NCBI RefSeq assembly: GCF_009914755.1
Contig: NC_060946.1
Direction: 5' to 3' (one strand)
DNA: 64,000 nt
From: the human T2T-CHM13v2.0 reference genome, Homo sapiens
The position numbers were made by a program, and so were the translations under genes. The notes under the pieces are model-generated. The model did not search any database. It was not told where the DNA came from and saw only the letters and a list, made by a program, of their open reading frames with translations. Positions 1 through 12,715 of this stretch are shown here, piece after piece (the stretch's first letter is position 1; each line of letters opens with the position of its first letter).

Positions 1-472
1 CTTCTCCCCAGAGAGGGCGCTTCTTGACAAGTGATTCAGTAGAAATCTTTTAGACTCTATAAGTTAAGTTCATAAAAACCACTGCTTTCACCCTGTCTCC
101 CAGGGCCAGGCCTGGACTCCGAGATGAACTGGTTTGGGGCGCCCTCGGGTGGCCACATAAAAAACCCACAGTCTGAGGCCAGCCTGGGGCTTTCAGACCT
201 GGGCGGGATCTGCCCAGGCCACCTGTCCTTCTGCTTTGGGCCGCTGTCTCTTGGCAGATGGCCTGACACCTGGGGGTGGCCCAAGGATGCCTCAGAAAAT
301 CTTGATTCCCACTCTACAGATGGCCTGATTAGCCAGAGGTTTCCAGGCCGTCTGTCCGCCTCCAGGAGATGGACTGGGACCTTTAGACATCGGTGGAGAA
401 CAGGATGCTCTATCCCTTGCTGTCCAGGGCAGGGATGGCCTCCAGCCGCAAGAAGTACAGCAGCACCTCGAC
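1..472 (-). pseudogene. BCR-derived terminal exon and 3'UTR, with a premature TAG at 410-412 and the ancestral TAA at 383-385
   Basis: gcag|GTC GAG GTG CTG CTG TAC TTC ... AAG GGA TAG AGC ATC CTG TTC TCC ACC GAT GTC TAA. Confidence 0.85.
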
Positions 473-667
473 CTGCCCTCGCGGAGTGGGGAAGAGAAGA
501 GTGGCTCAGAGCGGGGCTCACAGCTGCTGGTGGGAGGTCTTTGGGGCCCAAGCTCCCAAGTCCACCTCAGGTGCTAGAAACCCCTGCTGGTGTCATGAAC
601 CCCTTACAGTGAGACGGGGGTGGGGTGGGGTCCTGACAAGGCATGACTTGTTGGGTGGGGGGTGGTT

Positions 668-958
668 ATTTATTTTAGAGATGCACAGGGCCTTGCTCTG
701 TCCCCCAGGCTGGAGTACAGTGGCTCCATCATGGATCACTGCAGCCTCTAACTCCTGGGCTCAAGCAATCCTCCTGTGTCAGCCTCCCAGATACCTAGGA
801 TTACAGATGTGTGCCACAATGCCTGCCTAATTTTTCTTTGTATTTTTTCTGGAGATGGGGTTTGCTACATTGCCCAGACTGGTCTCAAACACCTGGGTTC
901 AGTTGTCCTGCCTCGGCCTCTCAAAGTGCTGGGATTACAGGCATGAGCCACCACACTC
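668..958 (-). mobile_element. Alu (AluJ-like) in the last BCR-derived intron
   Basis: ccaggctggagtacagtgg ... ctcctgggctcaagcaatcctcc ... caaagtgctgggattacaggcatgagccacc. Confidence 0.85.
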
Positions 959-1191
959 AAACACTTGGGGTGGTTTTAAGCCCCCAGCAAGGTGCACCAG
1001 CAGGACCAGGAGGTGTCCTGGGCACCCCCTATCACTCCCATCCATGCAAACCTAGGCAAGTCCCTGTCTCTGAATCTCAGCCACCACCACATACAATGCA
1101 AGTGGGAAGATGGGCAGGACTGGGGGTGGGGCAGGCAGAGGCCACCTCTGTCAGGCTGGGGTTGCATGGGCTGGAGGCTGTCTTCCCATAC

Positions 1192-1354
1192 CTGGGACAT
1201 GACCTCCAAGGACCAGCTGTCAGTCATGGTGATGGGCTGGCTGGGGTTGGCAGGGAGCTTGCTCTCCTTCTCGGAGGGCCGGAGCAGCGTGGGGCCAAAC
1301 ACCGTGCCAAGGTTGTGCAGGGACATCTTATTGACTGCCTCCTTCTCTGCCATC
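1192..1354 (-). pseudogene. BCR-derived exon ([28 protein letters not shown])
   Basis: 163 bp, acag|GATGG ... CCCAG|gtatgg. Confidence 0.9.
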
Positions 1355-1831
1355 CTGTAGAGGACCGAAGCAGAGGGTGCTGTTTCAACGCCACCACCAG
1401 GAGAGAGGCAGAGGGGCTGTGCCGTGCTAGAGTCCTCAGGGAGGGAGTGACCTCGACCCTGGCTGTGCTGCAAGCTGACTCCAGCCTTGGTACTTCTGGG
1501 TCTCAGTGGCCCAGGACAAGGGGCCAGCTCTGGGCTGATGGGGAGGTCTTCATGATGTGCTTGGGAGGGAAGCGGGGGCGGTCCAAATGCACTGCTGGCC
1601 ACGGCCAAAGCTCTGAGCTCTTTGTTAAGGCCACAGTGCAGAGGGAGGAGGGTGGCAAAGAGGAGAGGCAGGGGTGGGGGTGGCAGTGGTGCTAGTCCTT
1701 AGAAGCAGTGAGTTACTGCAGACAGGGGTCAGGGGAAAAGGTCCTTGGTGCTGGGGGTCTGGTGGGAGCAGAGGGGCACCCCACGGCCTGGAGACCTGGA
1801 GTCCTGGGCAGCCACAAGAGAGCTGGGCTAC

Positions 1832-1937
1832 CTTTCCACGTGGTCTAGAAGGAAAAGGAAGGTGAGCAGGTTGGCCTCCGGCAGGGACGACAGCAGGTTG
1901 AGCATGCAGCTCTTCTTTGCAACTGGGTCTGAAAGAG
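1832..1937 (-). pseudogene. BCR-derived exon ([35 protein letters not shown])
   Basis: 106 bp, gcag|CTCTT ... GAAAG|gtagcc. Confidence 0.9.
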
Positions 1938-2882
1938 CTGCAGGAGGCAGTGGGTTACTCCCCTGGGTTACGACAAGCCGGAGACCTCTCCCGAGGTGGT
2001 CACATGGAGCGCCCGGGACACGAGTCCTTGCACAGTTTAGGCTTGTCATCATCGTCACACCCACAGCGCTGGCCGCCAGTGAGGACCCTGTGAGGGGCAC
2101 CTGTGTGGGGTGTGAACCACCTGAACGCCTTTTCTCTACCTCGCAGGGGTCAGCAGCACCCGGCGAACAGCAGCAGGAGGAGCCGCTAGAGCAGCTGCTC
2201 ATGGGCAGAGCTGCCCTCGGGCAACTCCTGCCACCACCCCCTCCCCAGGAAGCCCAAGATAGGGGAGGCTCAGCATGGAATGAAACAGGGGAGTGAGGGA
2301 CACAAGGAGGTGGGAAGTGGGAGGGTCCCAGCCCCACCAAGTACGCAGAGACCCCCTCGACATCCTGGACACCACAGGGGCACCTGCAGGCTGGGAGACC
2401 AGGTCCTCTGTGCATGGGCCCGGGAGGCAGACCTGCCCTAAGGGTGATGCACAGGCTACAGGTGCTGCACGCTCCAGCGCCCACTCTAGACATCAGCCTC
2501 CAGGTTGACTAAGGGTCAGGTCATGTTTGAAACCATGCTTGGCTGGACCAGGACCCATGGCAAGAGCACCTGGGCACCAGTGTTTAGCCCTGGTCTGCAG
2601 GAAGGAGGACAGCAGACTTTAGGACCCCACAGCACGGCAGTGCTGACCATTTCACCCACTTGGCCTCCTTGAGAAATATGGATGGGGAGCCCTCTGGGGA
2701 TGGGCAAGGCCTTCCAGGATAGGCTCAGTTTTGGTCCCCTGCTTTTTGAGGTTGGGTTAAAATTCCGACCATGGCAGAGGAAGCACAGCTCAGGTTCCCA
2801 CACCTCACTTTTCACAGCCTCTGAGGGCAGCAGTGCACGTGGAGGAGACGTCTCCCATGAGGCCAAGGCCTCCAGTGCTCAC

Positions 2883-3017
2883 CGATGCCCTCTGCGAAGT
2901 TGGGGTAGAACTCGTCAGTGAAGAGGGGCTCGGGCAGCTCACGGAAGTACAGCTTCAGCATGCCTGCGATGGCGTTCACGTCCATCTCGCTCATCATCAC
3001 TGACACGTCCTTGTTAT
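2883..3017 (-). pseudogene. BCR-derived exon ([30 protein letters not shown])
   Basis: 135 bp, ccag|ATAAC ... GGCATCG|gtgagc. Confidence 0.9.
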
Positions 3018-4072
3018 CTGGAAAGAGCACGGAAATGCAGCGGCCTCCTTGAAGATCCTGAGTGAGTCACCCACCATCCCTGCCTTGGCTAAAGCACCGT
3101 CCCTGCCATGCTGACCACTGTGTGGGTCCCTCCTGGGCTTTGAGCAGCTCATCTGACTCCTCCCAAGAGCTGTGCATGGTTCTGTGTCTGCAGAGTTGAT
3201 AGGGGTGCGTGGGCATTCCCATTCCTCTCCCCTGCTTGGCCTGATGTGATGGCCAGGAGGAGGCCAGCATGGCAGGACACAGCGCCTGCGTGGGGATTGG
3301 GTGGCTCTGCCCTGTACATAGCAACCACCCCTGCACCAGTGTCTTCTGATAGCAGGAAGGCCGTGGGAGAATCTGATTGGTTTCAGTGTTTGAACCGGTG
3401 TCTTCCTTTGGACCCAATTGGCCATTGGTGCTTACATCCTCACCACAGGCCAGGTTCATTCTGGGCCCTCAGAGGGAGCTGAAACTACCACAGGGCCCTC
3501 CCAGGGATGCTGGGCATTCTAAGGGTCCTGGTCAGGGTGGGTGGTGTGTGCTGCAAAGAAGCGTCTGCAGGCACAAAATCCTGTTGCTTTGAAGATGCTG
3601 GGAAGGACCCTCTGGGGTCTCAGTGCCCTCCCCTGGCATTTGAGGCAGGTCCGGGTCCTTCAAAGCCTGTGAGGGTTGGTGAGATGGAGGCGGAGAGGCT
3701 GCAGCCCCGGCCTGCGCTGAATTTCATCAGTGCCCTCTGCCCACCACATCCTCATACAGGGCAGTGGACAGACCGCACTGAGTCCTGGGCTTCCACCTCC
3801 TGTCCACCCCCAAGGCAGGAAGGCCAAGGCCCCGCAGAAGCCCCTGGTCCACTGCACCAAGTGGCACGAGTGGGTACGATGGTGTAAAAACTGGCTTCTA
3901 TAGAAGCTGTTTGTACAACTCTTGTTTTCTCTTTTTTAAAAATAATAAAACAGTAAATGAAGAAAAGACACAGAGAAGGATGTGACATGCCTGGGCCGTG
4001 GAGCACTCTGAGATCTCATCGCGGACACCACTGCCCACACCTCCATCCCGTCCTGCGCAGGCCGACACTCAC

Positions 4073-4212
4073 TGACGTTGAAGGCTGCCTTCAGTGCCTG
4101 GATGTCTGCGGCCACCCCAGACATGCGGTAGATGCCCACCTCCTCCGTGCCTCGGCGCTCGATCTCCTCCACGCACTGGCGCACGATGTAGGGCACCTTG
4201 GACCTCTCTCTC
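4073..4212 (-). pseudogene. BCR-derived exon (RhoGAP start, contains the arginine finger GIYR)
   Basis: 140 bp, cag|GAGAGAGAGG ... AACGTCA|gtgagt. Confidence 0.9.
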
Positions 4213-5482
4213 CTGCGGGAGGAGGGAATGTTCTCAGTGTCCTAACAGCCCTGCTTGGGCCATAACACAGGAGACCTGCTCCCTATCTGCGCACCCGGAG
4301 GTGGGGTGAGGACGGTGACGAAGGTACCCAGGTCTGGGGCTGCACACAGAGCCTTCTGCATGCCTGTCCTCCCTCTGCAAGCTCTGTCCTCATTGCATGT
4401 ACTTTCTCAGGAACCTTTCAAGCGGCCAGAACCCCTGCGAATCACACATGACCTTTGCGGGAAGGTCAGGAGGCCTGTCTAAGTCAAGTCAGCACGGGAA
4501 GGGCATCTGACAGATTCCAGGCCTGGGGTTAGCAGCCTGTGCCCCCGGCTGGGAGGTCAGACCCGGTGTTGGTCCTGCCACCCACGTGCTGTGTGAGAGG
4601 AGAAACCCTGACCCCTGCCCTGGGCCTTAACACACATCCGACGAATGAATGAAGGGTTGCCTCAGCACCGGTGCTCCAAGTCCTGCGATGCTAAGTGCTT
4701 TTCTCCTCTGAGTCTTAGCAATGGACAATTCCAATACCTCCACACAGGACACTAGAGTAAGAATCCTTCACAGTTAGAACGCAGTGCTGTGCAGAGGCCT
4801 TAACTTGAGTTCTGTTTTGCACCTGGATTTACCAGCACATCAAAGCTGCTTCGCAAGCCCCCTCATCAGCAGGGCTTATGTGGGGGAGCTGCTGATGGAG
4901 TCCTCGCTGCTCATGCCCACAGCCCTCCCAGAGTGCTATGCGAGTGGCTGCCGTGCAGTTGGGGGTGGGGCGTGGTGTTTAGACACAGATAGGAGTCCAG
5001 GGTATGACTGATGGAGGCCCCGGCCCACGTGACCAGCAAGGTCAGAGGCCCAGCCAGATTCCATCCTGGGGAAGCAAATGAATTCTCAGAGGAAGTGGTC
5101 TGTGTCTGCATGAACTGCTCTCAAACCAACAAATAGGCTTCTCTTGGCAACTGACTCGTGACAAAGGGTTCAAGATTGTTTGAAAAAAAAAAAAGGGGGG
5201 GGGGGAACAGGGAGGCAGTAGGTCCTGGAAAAGTAAATTCTTTATTTTACAATAAGAAAGTGATTACATATTTTATTTTTTTTACAATGGTGGAAAATTA
5301 GAAGTGATTGTGAAAATGATGTCTACCCGCCTTGCTGATGAGTAGGATGTGATTTGGCTCTTTAGGAAACTGAATTTGCAGAACTTAAGAATATTGATTT
5401 ATAAAGGGCATGGCCATTGACCCAGTCCATCTTATGCAAATCTGGATGCCATAAATAATATTTAAAAATGAAAGTATTGGGG

Positions 5483-5572
5483 TGGAGGTTGCAGTGAGCG
5501 GAGATCGCCCCACTACACTCCAGCCTGGTCAACAGAAACAAAAAAAAAACAAAACAAAAAAAAAAAAAAAGA
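5483..5572 (+). mobile_element. Alu 3' fragment with A-tail
   Basis: ggaggttgcagtgagcggagatcgcc ... ctccagcctgg followed by poly(A). Confidence 0.8.
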
Positions 5573-6335
5573 AGAAGTCATTCCCAACATTGCTCATCAA
5601 ATTATGACCATAAATTTCCAGGATCAGACTAACGGCTAAAGAGACTGATGCATCAACACCAGGCAGAGAATAAAGCAGATTTTTTTTTGTTTTGTTTTGG
5701 AGAGCCTCTAGGAACTTGAAAAATACATATGCCACACTCTTAAGACCCGGTGGTTCTTAATCAGGGATGTTCATTAAAATGCTGGAAAACTGTAAAGACT
5801 TCCAGGTCCCATCCAAGGAGATTTTGCTTCTGATTGACTGGCTAGTGGCCTGGCCATTGGTATTTTGAAAAATCCCTCCAAGTGATTCTTTTACATCCCA
5901 GCTAGAAAACCCTAAATTAAAGGTGAAAAACCAGACACCAAGTGGCATTTAAATAAATGTCAACTTTAACTCCACAAAGCATCTGGTTGCACGTGGACAG
6001 AAAGAGAAGGAAAGAGGGCCCTATATCTGGATAACTTGGAAATGTGCTCCCCCTAGCAAGATATCTACCAAAATTAAAACCATATTTGAGGATGCTGGCA
6101 CTGCGAGCAATATATAAATGATGCATGTAACATCATTTAATATGATCTTATTTTTAAAAATGAGTAGAGTGGTGTTTTCTAGCTGTTAGTGTTTCCAAAT
6201 ATCAATGTAGAAATTAGCCTTCTGCAGCTGCAGAGGCAATTCAGTTTGCAGCTTGCTTGCATGTGGCCTAGAGCCACCCAGCCTGATATGTACTAATTTT
6301 TTGTTTAACTTGCCAGAGTAGAAACTCAGTTTCTG

Positions 6336-6647
<312 letters not shown>

Positions 6648-6899
6648 TTACATCTGATCTTTATTTTTTATATATCATCTAAGCTATAAAGTTATATTCC
6701 CTATTTGTGATCTTAAAAGAAGGACTCCAGGAAAGTGTTCAAATATTCATATATCTAAACTGGAACATATGTTTATATTTTTAAAAGTAGCCTGAGAGGT
6801 TGGCAACTAAAGTCATATGTTGAATGATCATTTCTCAAGAGTTTCATTTTATGGTCTTTCTCTTGTTCTGTAAAATGTGGGCATGGATAGATATAAAGT

Positions 6900-7260
6900 G
6901 CCTGGTGTCCATGCTTTTGTGAAATCCCTTCCTCTTCCATGTGAATGGGACCTGTGACTTTCTTCTAACCCAGAGAACACAGCAAAAATGATGTGATTTA
7001 TCTGAGTCCATTGATGACATTGATTACGACTTCCCTTCACCACATTATTTAGGACTGCGTCGTAGGAGACTGGGACACATATCCACTTTGCTGGCTTGAT
7101 GAAGTAAACTGCTAAGTTGAGGAAGCCCACATGGCAAGGAACTGTGGGCAGCCTTCAGCCAACAGGCAGCAAAAAGCTGAGCTCCTCGGAGCTACAGCCT
7201 CAAGGAAGTTACTTCTGCTAACAACCTGAAAAAGCTTGGAAGCTAGTTTCTCTCTAGTGG
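6900..7260 (+). mobile_element. MaLR LTR (MLT1-like) fragment
   Basis: gggacctgtgactttcttctaacc ... gctggcttgatgaagtaaactgc ... cccacatggcaaggaactg resembles the MLT1 consensus. Confidence 0.55.
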
Positions 7261-7397
7261 AATTTTTAGGGAAGAGCATGGCCCAGGCAAGATAAATAAT
7301 GTAAGTGGAAAAACCTGTCAACAATAAAGGTTTTAAAGGAAAAAACAAAAAACATGTAATTTAGAAAGTAACTGCCAGGAAAAAAAAAAAAGAGACT

Positions 7398-7715
7398 GGG
7401 CCAGTGGCTTACTACACCTGTAATCCCAGCACTTGGGGAGGCTGAGGCGGGTGAATCACAAGGTCAGGAGATCGAGACCATCCTGGCTAACACGGTGAAA
7501 CCCCGTCTCTACTAAAAATACAAAAAAAAAAAAAAAAAAAAATTAGCCGGGCGTGGTGGTGGGCGCCTGTGGTCCCAGCTACTGGGGAGGTTGAGACAGG
7601 AGAATGGCGTGAACCCCGGGACGTGGAGCTTGCAGTGAGCCGAGATCATGCCACTGCACTCCAGCCTGGGCAACAGAGCGAGACTCCATCTCAAAATAAA
7701 TAAATAAATAAAATA
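7398..7715 (+). mobile_element. AluY
   Basis: AluY diagnostics gagatcgagaccatcctggctaacacggtgaaacccc and ggagaatggcgtgaacc. Confidence 0.9.
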
Positions 7716-7988
7716 TAAGGTCTCAGGAACGTAAAGATTGACATTTACTCCCAAACTATTAATATATGTCCACCCACCTTTCTTGTAGCAAAATCTTAAC
7801 TTGACGTTTGTTTCAATAGTTATTAAATTTAATTATAATGTCCTAGCCCAAAATACAGTAGAGGTAAACATCCAAGGTACTGGCTTGAGGCCACTGGCCC
7901 TGTATCTATAAAGGAGAGGGAGACCATCAGGGGAGGGAGGGTAAGAAAGGGAGGAAGAGGGCAAACAAGTTATCAAAAAACAACAGTA

Positions 7989-8279
<291 letters not shown>

Positions 8280-8759
8280 TTATTCATATTTCAGAGTAAG
8301 GACAAAACATTTTTAAGTAGCTGGCAAAGGACATCCCTATATTTCAGAGTAAAACAAATAGGCAATGCTTATCATTTGACATATTTTTAAACATTGTATC
8401 TGAAAAGTGAACAAAGAAATGAATGTGCTTATGATTAAATTGACTTTGTTACTTTGTAAACTTGTAGCTTTAGACCTGTCTCTTAGCATCACCAAGCCTT
8501 GATCTTTTCATCTATAAAATGGGCATGGTAATGCCAGCCTTGCTATGTTTATAGGTCACTTAGGAATGAGGTATGTATGGTGTTGACCATGGTTTCTGGC
8601 AAGTGGCATATATTCATTATACCATAGCTCTTTTCAGAAAGCTAAGTCACCACGTACATGTTAATGCAACCTGCTGAAAATAGGCATGGAAAAACTAGAA
8701 AATCTAGAAAAATTAGAAAATCACTGAAGAGGATTTTCTTTAAAAAAATACATACTTTA

Positions 8760-9092
<333 letters not shown>

Positions 9093-9359
9093 AAGTAGAT
9101 TTAAAAAACCCCAAGAGGGCTGGGTTTGGCTTGTGTGTCCATAGCTTGTTAACCTCCGCTTTAGATATTAACTAATAGAAACATAGTGCTTAACTTCCCA
9201 GGCCACCTATTTTGTTCCTCTCCAAGGTGATGGATAGATGAAGGCCTAATCCAGCCGCCTGGAAGTTTGCTGACGCTTGTCCTGTCACGGATTAATGAAG
9301 CATTGTTTTCTGATGAAGGTTTCATGCCGCTGTGCTGATGTGTCTTCTCTTCTCTCTAG

Positions 9360-9985
9360 GCAGGAAACTGCATATCTTCTGGTTTACATGAAGATGGAGT
9401 GCTAATGGAAATGCCCAAAACCTTCAGAGATTGACACGCTGTCATTTTCCATTTCCGTTCCTGGATCTACGGAGTCTTCTAAGAGATTTTGCAATGAGGA
9501 GAAGCATTGTTTTCAAACTATATAACTGAGCCTTATTTATAATTAGGGATATTATCAAAATATGTAACCATGAGGCCCCTCAGGTCCTGATCAGTCAGAA
9601 TGGATGCTTTCACCAGCAGACCCGGCCATGTGGCTGCTCGGTCCTGGGTGCTCGCTGCTGTGCGAGACATTAGCCCTTTAGTTATGAGCCTGTGGGAACT
9701 TCAGGGGTTCCCAGTGGGGAGAGCAGTGGCAGTGGGAGGCATCTGGGGGCCAAAGGTCAGTGGCAGGGGGTATTTCAGTATTATACAACTGCTGTGACCA
9801 GACTTGTATACTGGCTGAATATCAGTGCTGTTTGTAATTTTTCACTTTGAGAACCAACATTAATTCCATATGAATCAAGTGTTTTGTAACTGCTATTCAT
9901 TTATTCAGCAAATATTTATTGATCATCTCTTCTCCATAAGATAGTGTGATAAACACAGTCATGAATAAAGTTATTTTCCACAAAA
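9360..9985 (+). pseudogene. USP18: Duplicated USP18 terminal exon (QETAYLLVYMKMEC*) with full 3'UTR; the segment type also carried by FAM247-like lincRNAs
   Basis: Polypyrimidine tract and AG at 9358-9359, then G CAG GAA ACT GCA TAT CTT CTG GTT TAC ATG AAG ATG GAG TGC TAA (9403-9405), the USP18 C-terminus; AATAAA at 9964-9969. No upstream USP18 coding exons seen, so this is a gene fragment, not the USP18 gene. Confidence 0.85.
9964..9969 (+). terminator. Polyadenylation signal of the USP18-derived exon
   Basis: atgAATAAAgttattttcc at the end of the UTR-like segment. Confidence 0.7.
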
Positions 9986-10764
9986 GGACTTTGCAGTTTT
10001 AACGGGGGGCAGTAGGGCTTGTGCTATAGAAATTCAAAGGCAAGGGAAGTCACTTCTGTTGTGGGGCCCTGGGAGGAGCCTCCAGGCTGGAAAGGCTTAA
10101 GGTGGAGGTCTCCGATAGGGGCAGCGTACACAGTGGACTGGCTGCAAAAGGCCGTGCTCAGCATTCAGACAGCATCACACACTCTGCTTTTCTCTACCAG
10201 GGAGGCAGGTGGGGAAGGATAGCGATGGGAAGGCAGGCGGAGCTCAGAATGTGGAAGGGGATCCAGTAAGGCTTGGAAGTTTGCACCTGATCTGGTGGGT
10301 GGTGAGGAGCCCTTGAAGGGGCAAGGAGGCGAGGAGCACTCAGCTGTGTTCTTACACTGATCTGCCACTGGGGTTAGAGACAAACGTGGTGGGAATGGAA
10401 AGCCACGCACAGTCACTAGCGCCTCTGGGGGGAGAATGGATGTGGCTGGTGAGAGAACAGGGGGGCCCAGGGAGAGTCCGGCACCAACCTGGGCGGGGGA
10501 GCCCAGTAGGTGTGAGCACCCCCACTTTAGAGATGAAGTGATGGAGACATTCAGATGTTTAACCCCTTGTTCAAGATTCCATACTTGATAAATGGCAGAT
10601 CAAACTCCCAACATAAAATGTGGGTCATTTCTTTATTATTTTATTTGTATTGGTTAACAATGATCAGCCATGCAAGAATAAATGATTATTGTAAAATCTG
10701 CAAACAATGTAGATATGTAGAGAGTCCCTTCCTTGGAGCTTGACCTTGTCAGACAGGTATAGAT

Positions 10765-10930
10765 GAGTGTTCCGGGGCAGCCGTAAAAACTGCCAGAGAC
10801 TGGGCTGCTTATAACAGAAACGCATGGTCTCCCAGAAGCCCACATTCAAGGTGTCCAAAGGCCTGGCTCCTGGAGGCTCTGGAGGAGAGCCTGTTCCCTG
10901 TCTCTCAGCTTCTGCCGGTTGCCAGCAAGT
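10765..10930. mobile_element. MLT1-like LTR fragment
   Basis: ggctcctggaggctctggaggagagcctgttccctgtctctcagcttctg resembles a MaLR LTR. Confidence 0.45.
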
Positions 10931-12396
10931 GTTGCCGTTCATTCACTCCAGCCACTGCGTCCATCTGCACACAGCAAAACAGCGTATCCTGAAGTGCTCA
11001 ACCTTATAGCCATTATTTTAAAATATCCGGAACACACAGGACCGTGGGAGTGGCTGTTGGAGAAATTTTCATGAAGGAAGAAAGATTACAACTAAGTTTT
11101 AAAATGCTAGTTTTGTTTGTTTTGTCTTGGAGAGGAGGTAAAAGTGGGAGTAAAAATAGGGAGTTTGGTGTAAGGTGGGAAAAGCAAAGGAACCCCACAT
11201 GGATGGGCTGAAGGGTGTGATGGGAGAACAGTGAGAAGTACGTTTGGGGAAGCAATTGGAAATAGTAGCTAAGCTTAATCACAATCTATCAAAAGGGACT
11301 TGTTGAAGAATTAATGTGTGACTAGGAACAGGGAGGTTATGGGCTTGTCAGCTCGACAGTGGGCACTCAGTTCCACTAATGAATGATGCCCGTGTGGACA
11401 GACAGAATGATGGACAGGCAGATGAATGCGTGGGCTTTATGTGAAACAGGTCCTCTTGGTTGTTGACAAGATACTGTTTTAAAGTTCCATTTTGCCATAC
11501 TTCGAACAGCTTGTCATTAGCTCAATTTAGCCACATGTAAAATCACTAAGGCGGACTTCCAGAGTTCCCACATGAAAATCAAATGTAAACCAGCAGTGAC
11601 CTGCTTCAACACCATCATCGGAAGTCAGAAGTTGAACTCTTTTTTGATGTTTAAAGCCTGCATAATATTCGCTGTATTATTATTCAGCATATTACTATTT
11701 CCTTCGTGATGGAAATTTGGTTTATCCCAATTTTCTATTCCATCAAAACACCGCTACATAGAAAATCCCCATGCACATATTTCTCCTAATTGTGGAAATA
11801 TTTTACATAAAAGACTCTAGACATGGGATGAAATTCCCAGGTTATTGGAATTTTGAAATAGATAGGTACTTCCAAATTGACCTCTTACAAATTATATGAA
11901 TTCGTAAGCTTCCAACTGTTATGGAGTTACCCATTTTGAGAAATCTGTGCTAAAAGGACCCAAACAATGCTGATGACAATGATCAGGATAATAAGTACGC
12001 TGGGAAGACAACAAAATGATTTAGATCTTAGACAAGTCATTCTAGGTGTCTCCACTGTTTCAGTTCTTGCGTTCGTTCATTCTTGTGCTTTTTCGTTTTA
12101 CCAAATAAAATAGCTCCTTGATGTCATATGAATCCACGCTATGCTTAATGAGTATTGGTTAGTAAAATGCCTATAACTAGTAATCTTCATCTATGCAATT
12201 AAATATTAATTCATAAAACACTTCAAATGTAAACAATAATTAGTAAATGAAAAGTACATAATACCTCAATTAGAAAAAAATCACTCCATTAAAAAGACAT
12301 TATTTGTGTGATAAAAGAGATTGCCATTTTTGTATTTTTCTACAAGGTTAAAGAAAACTAAGTCAACTTATACAAGTGAATTTTAAAAGACTTTAG

Positions 12397-12715
<319 letters not shown>

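Larger units (their letters stand above)
1..4212 (-). pseudogene. BCRP6: BCR pseudogene (unprocessed, 5'-truncated): last five exons (RhoGAP domain and C-terminus) plus part of the 3'UTR
   Basis: Minus-strand exons with GT-AG borders at 4073-4212, 2883-3017, 1832-1937, 1192-1354 and <=472 translate to BCR-like [114 protein letters not shown] and VLLYFL.LEAIPA.DSK..SILFST.V*. BCR origin is secure; the paralogue number is inferred from neighbouring genes only. Confidence 0.9.

Noticed and set aside
57-4482. Many overlapping 100-290 aa ORFs on both strands
   Set aside because: GC-rich BCR introns and antisense frames; only the exon portions match BCR.
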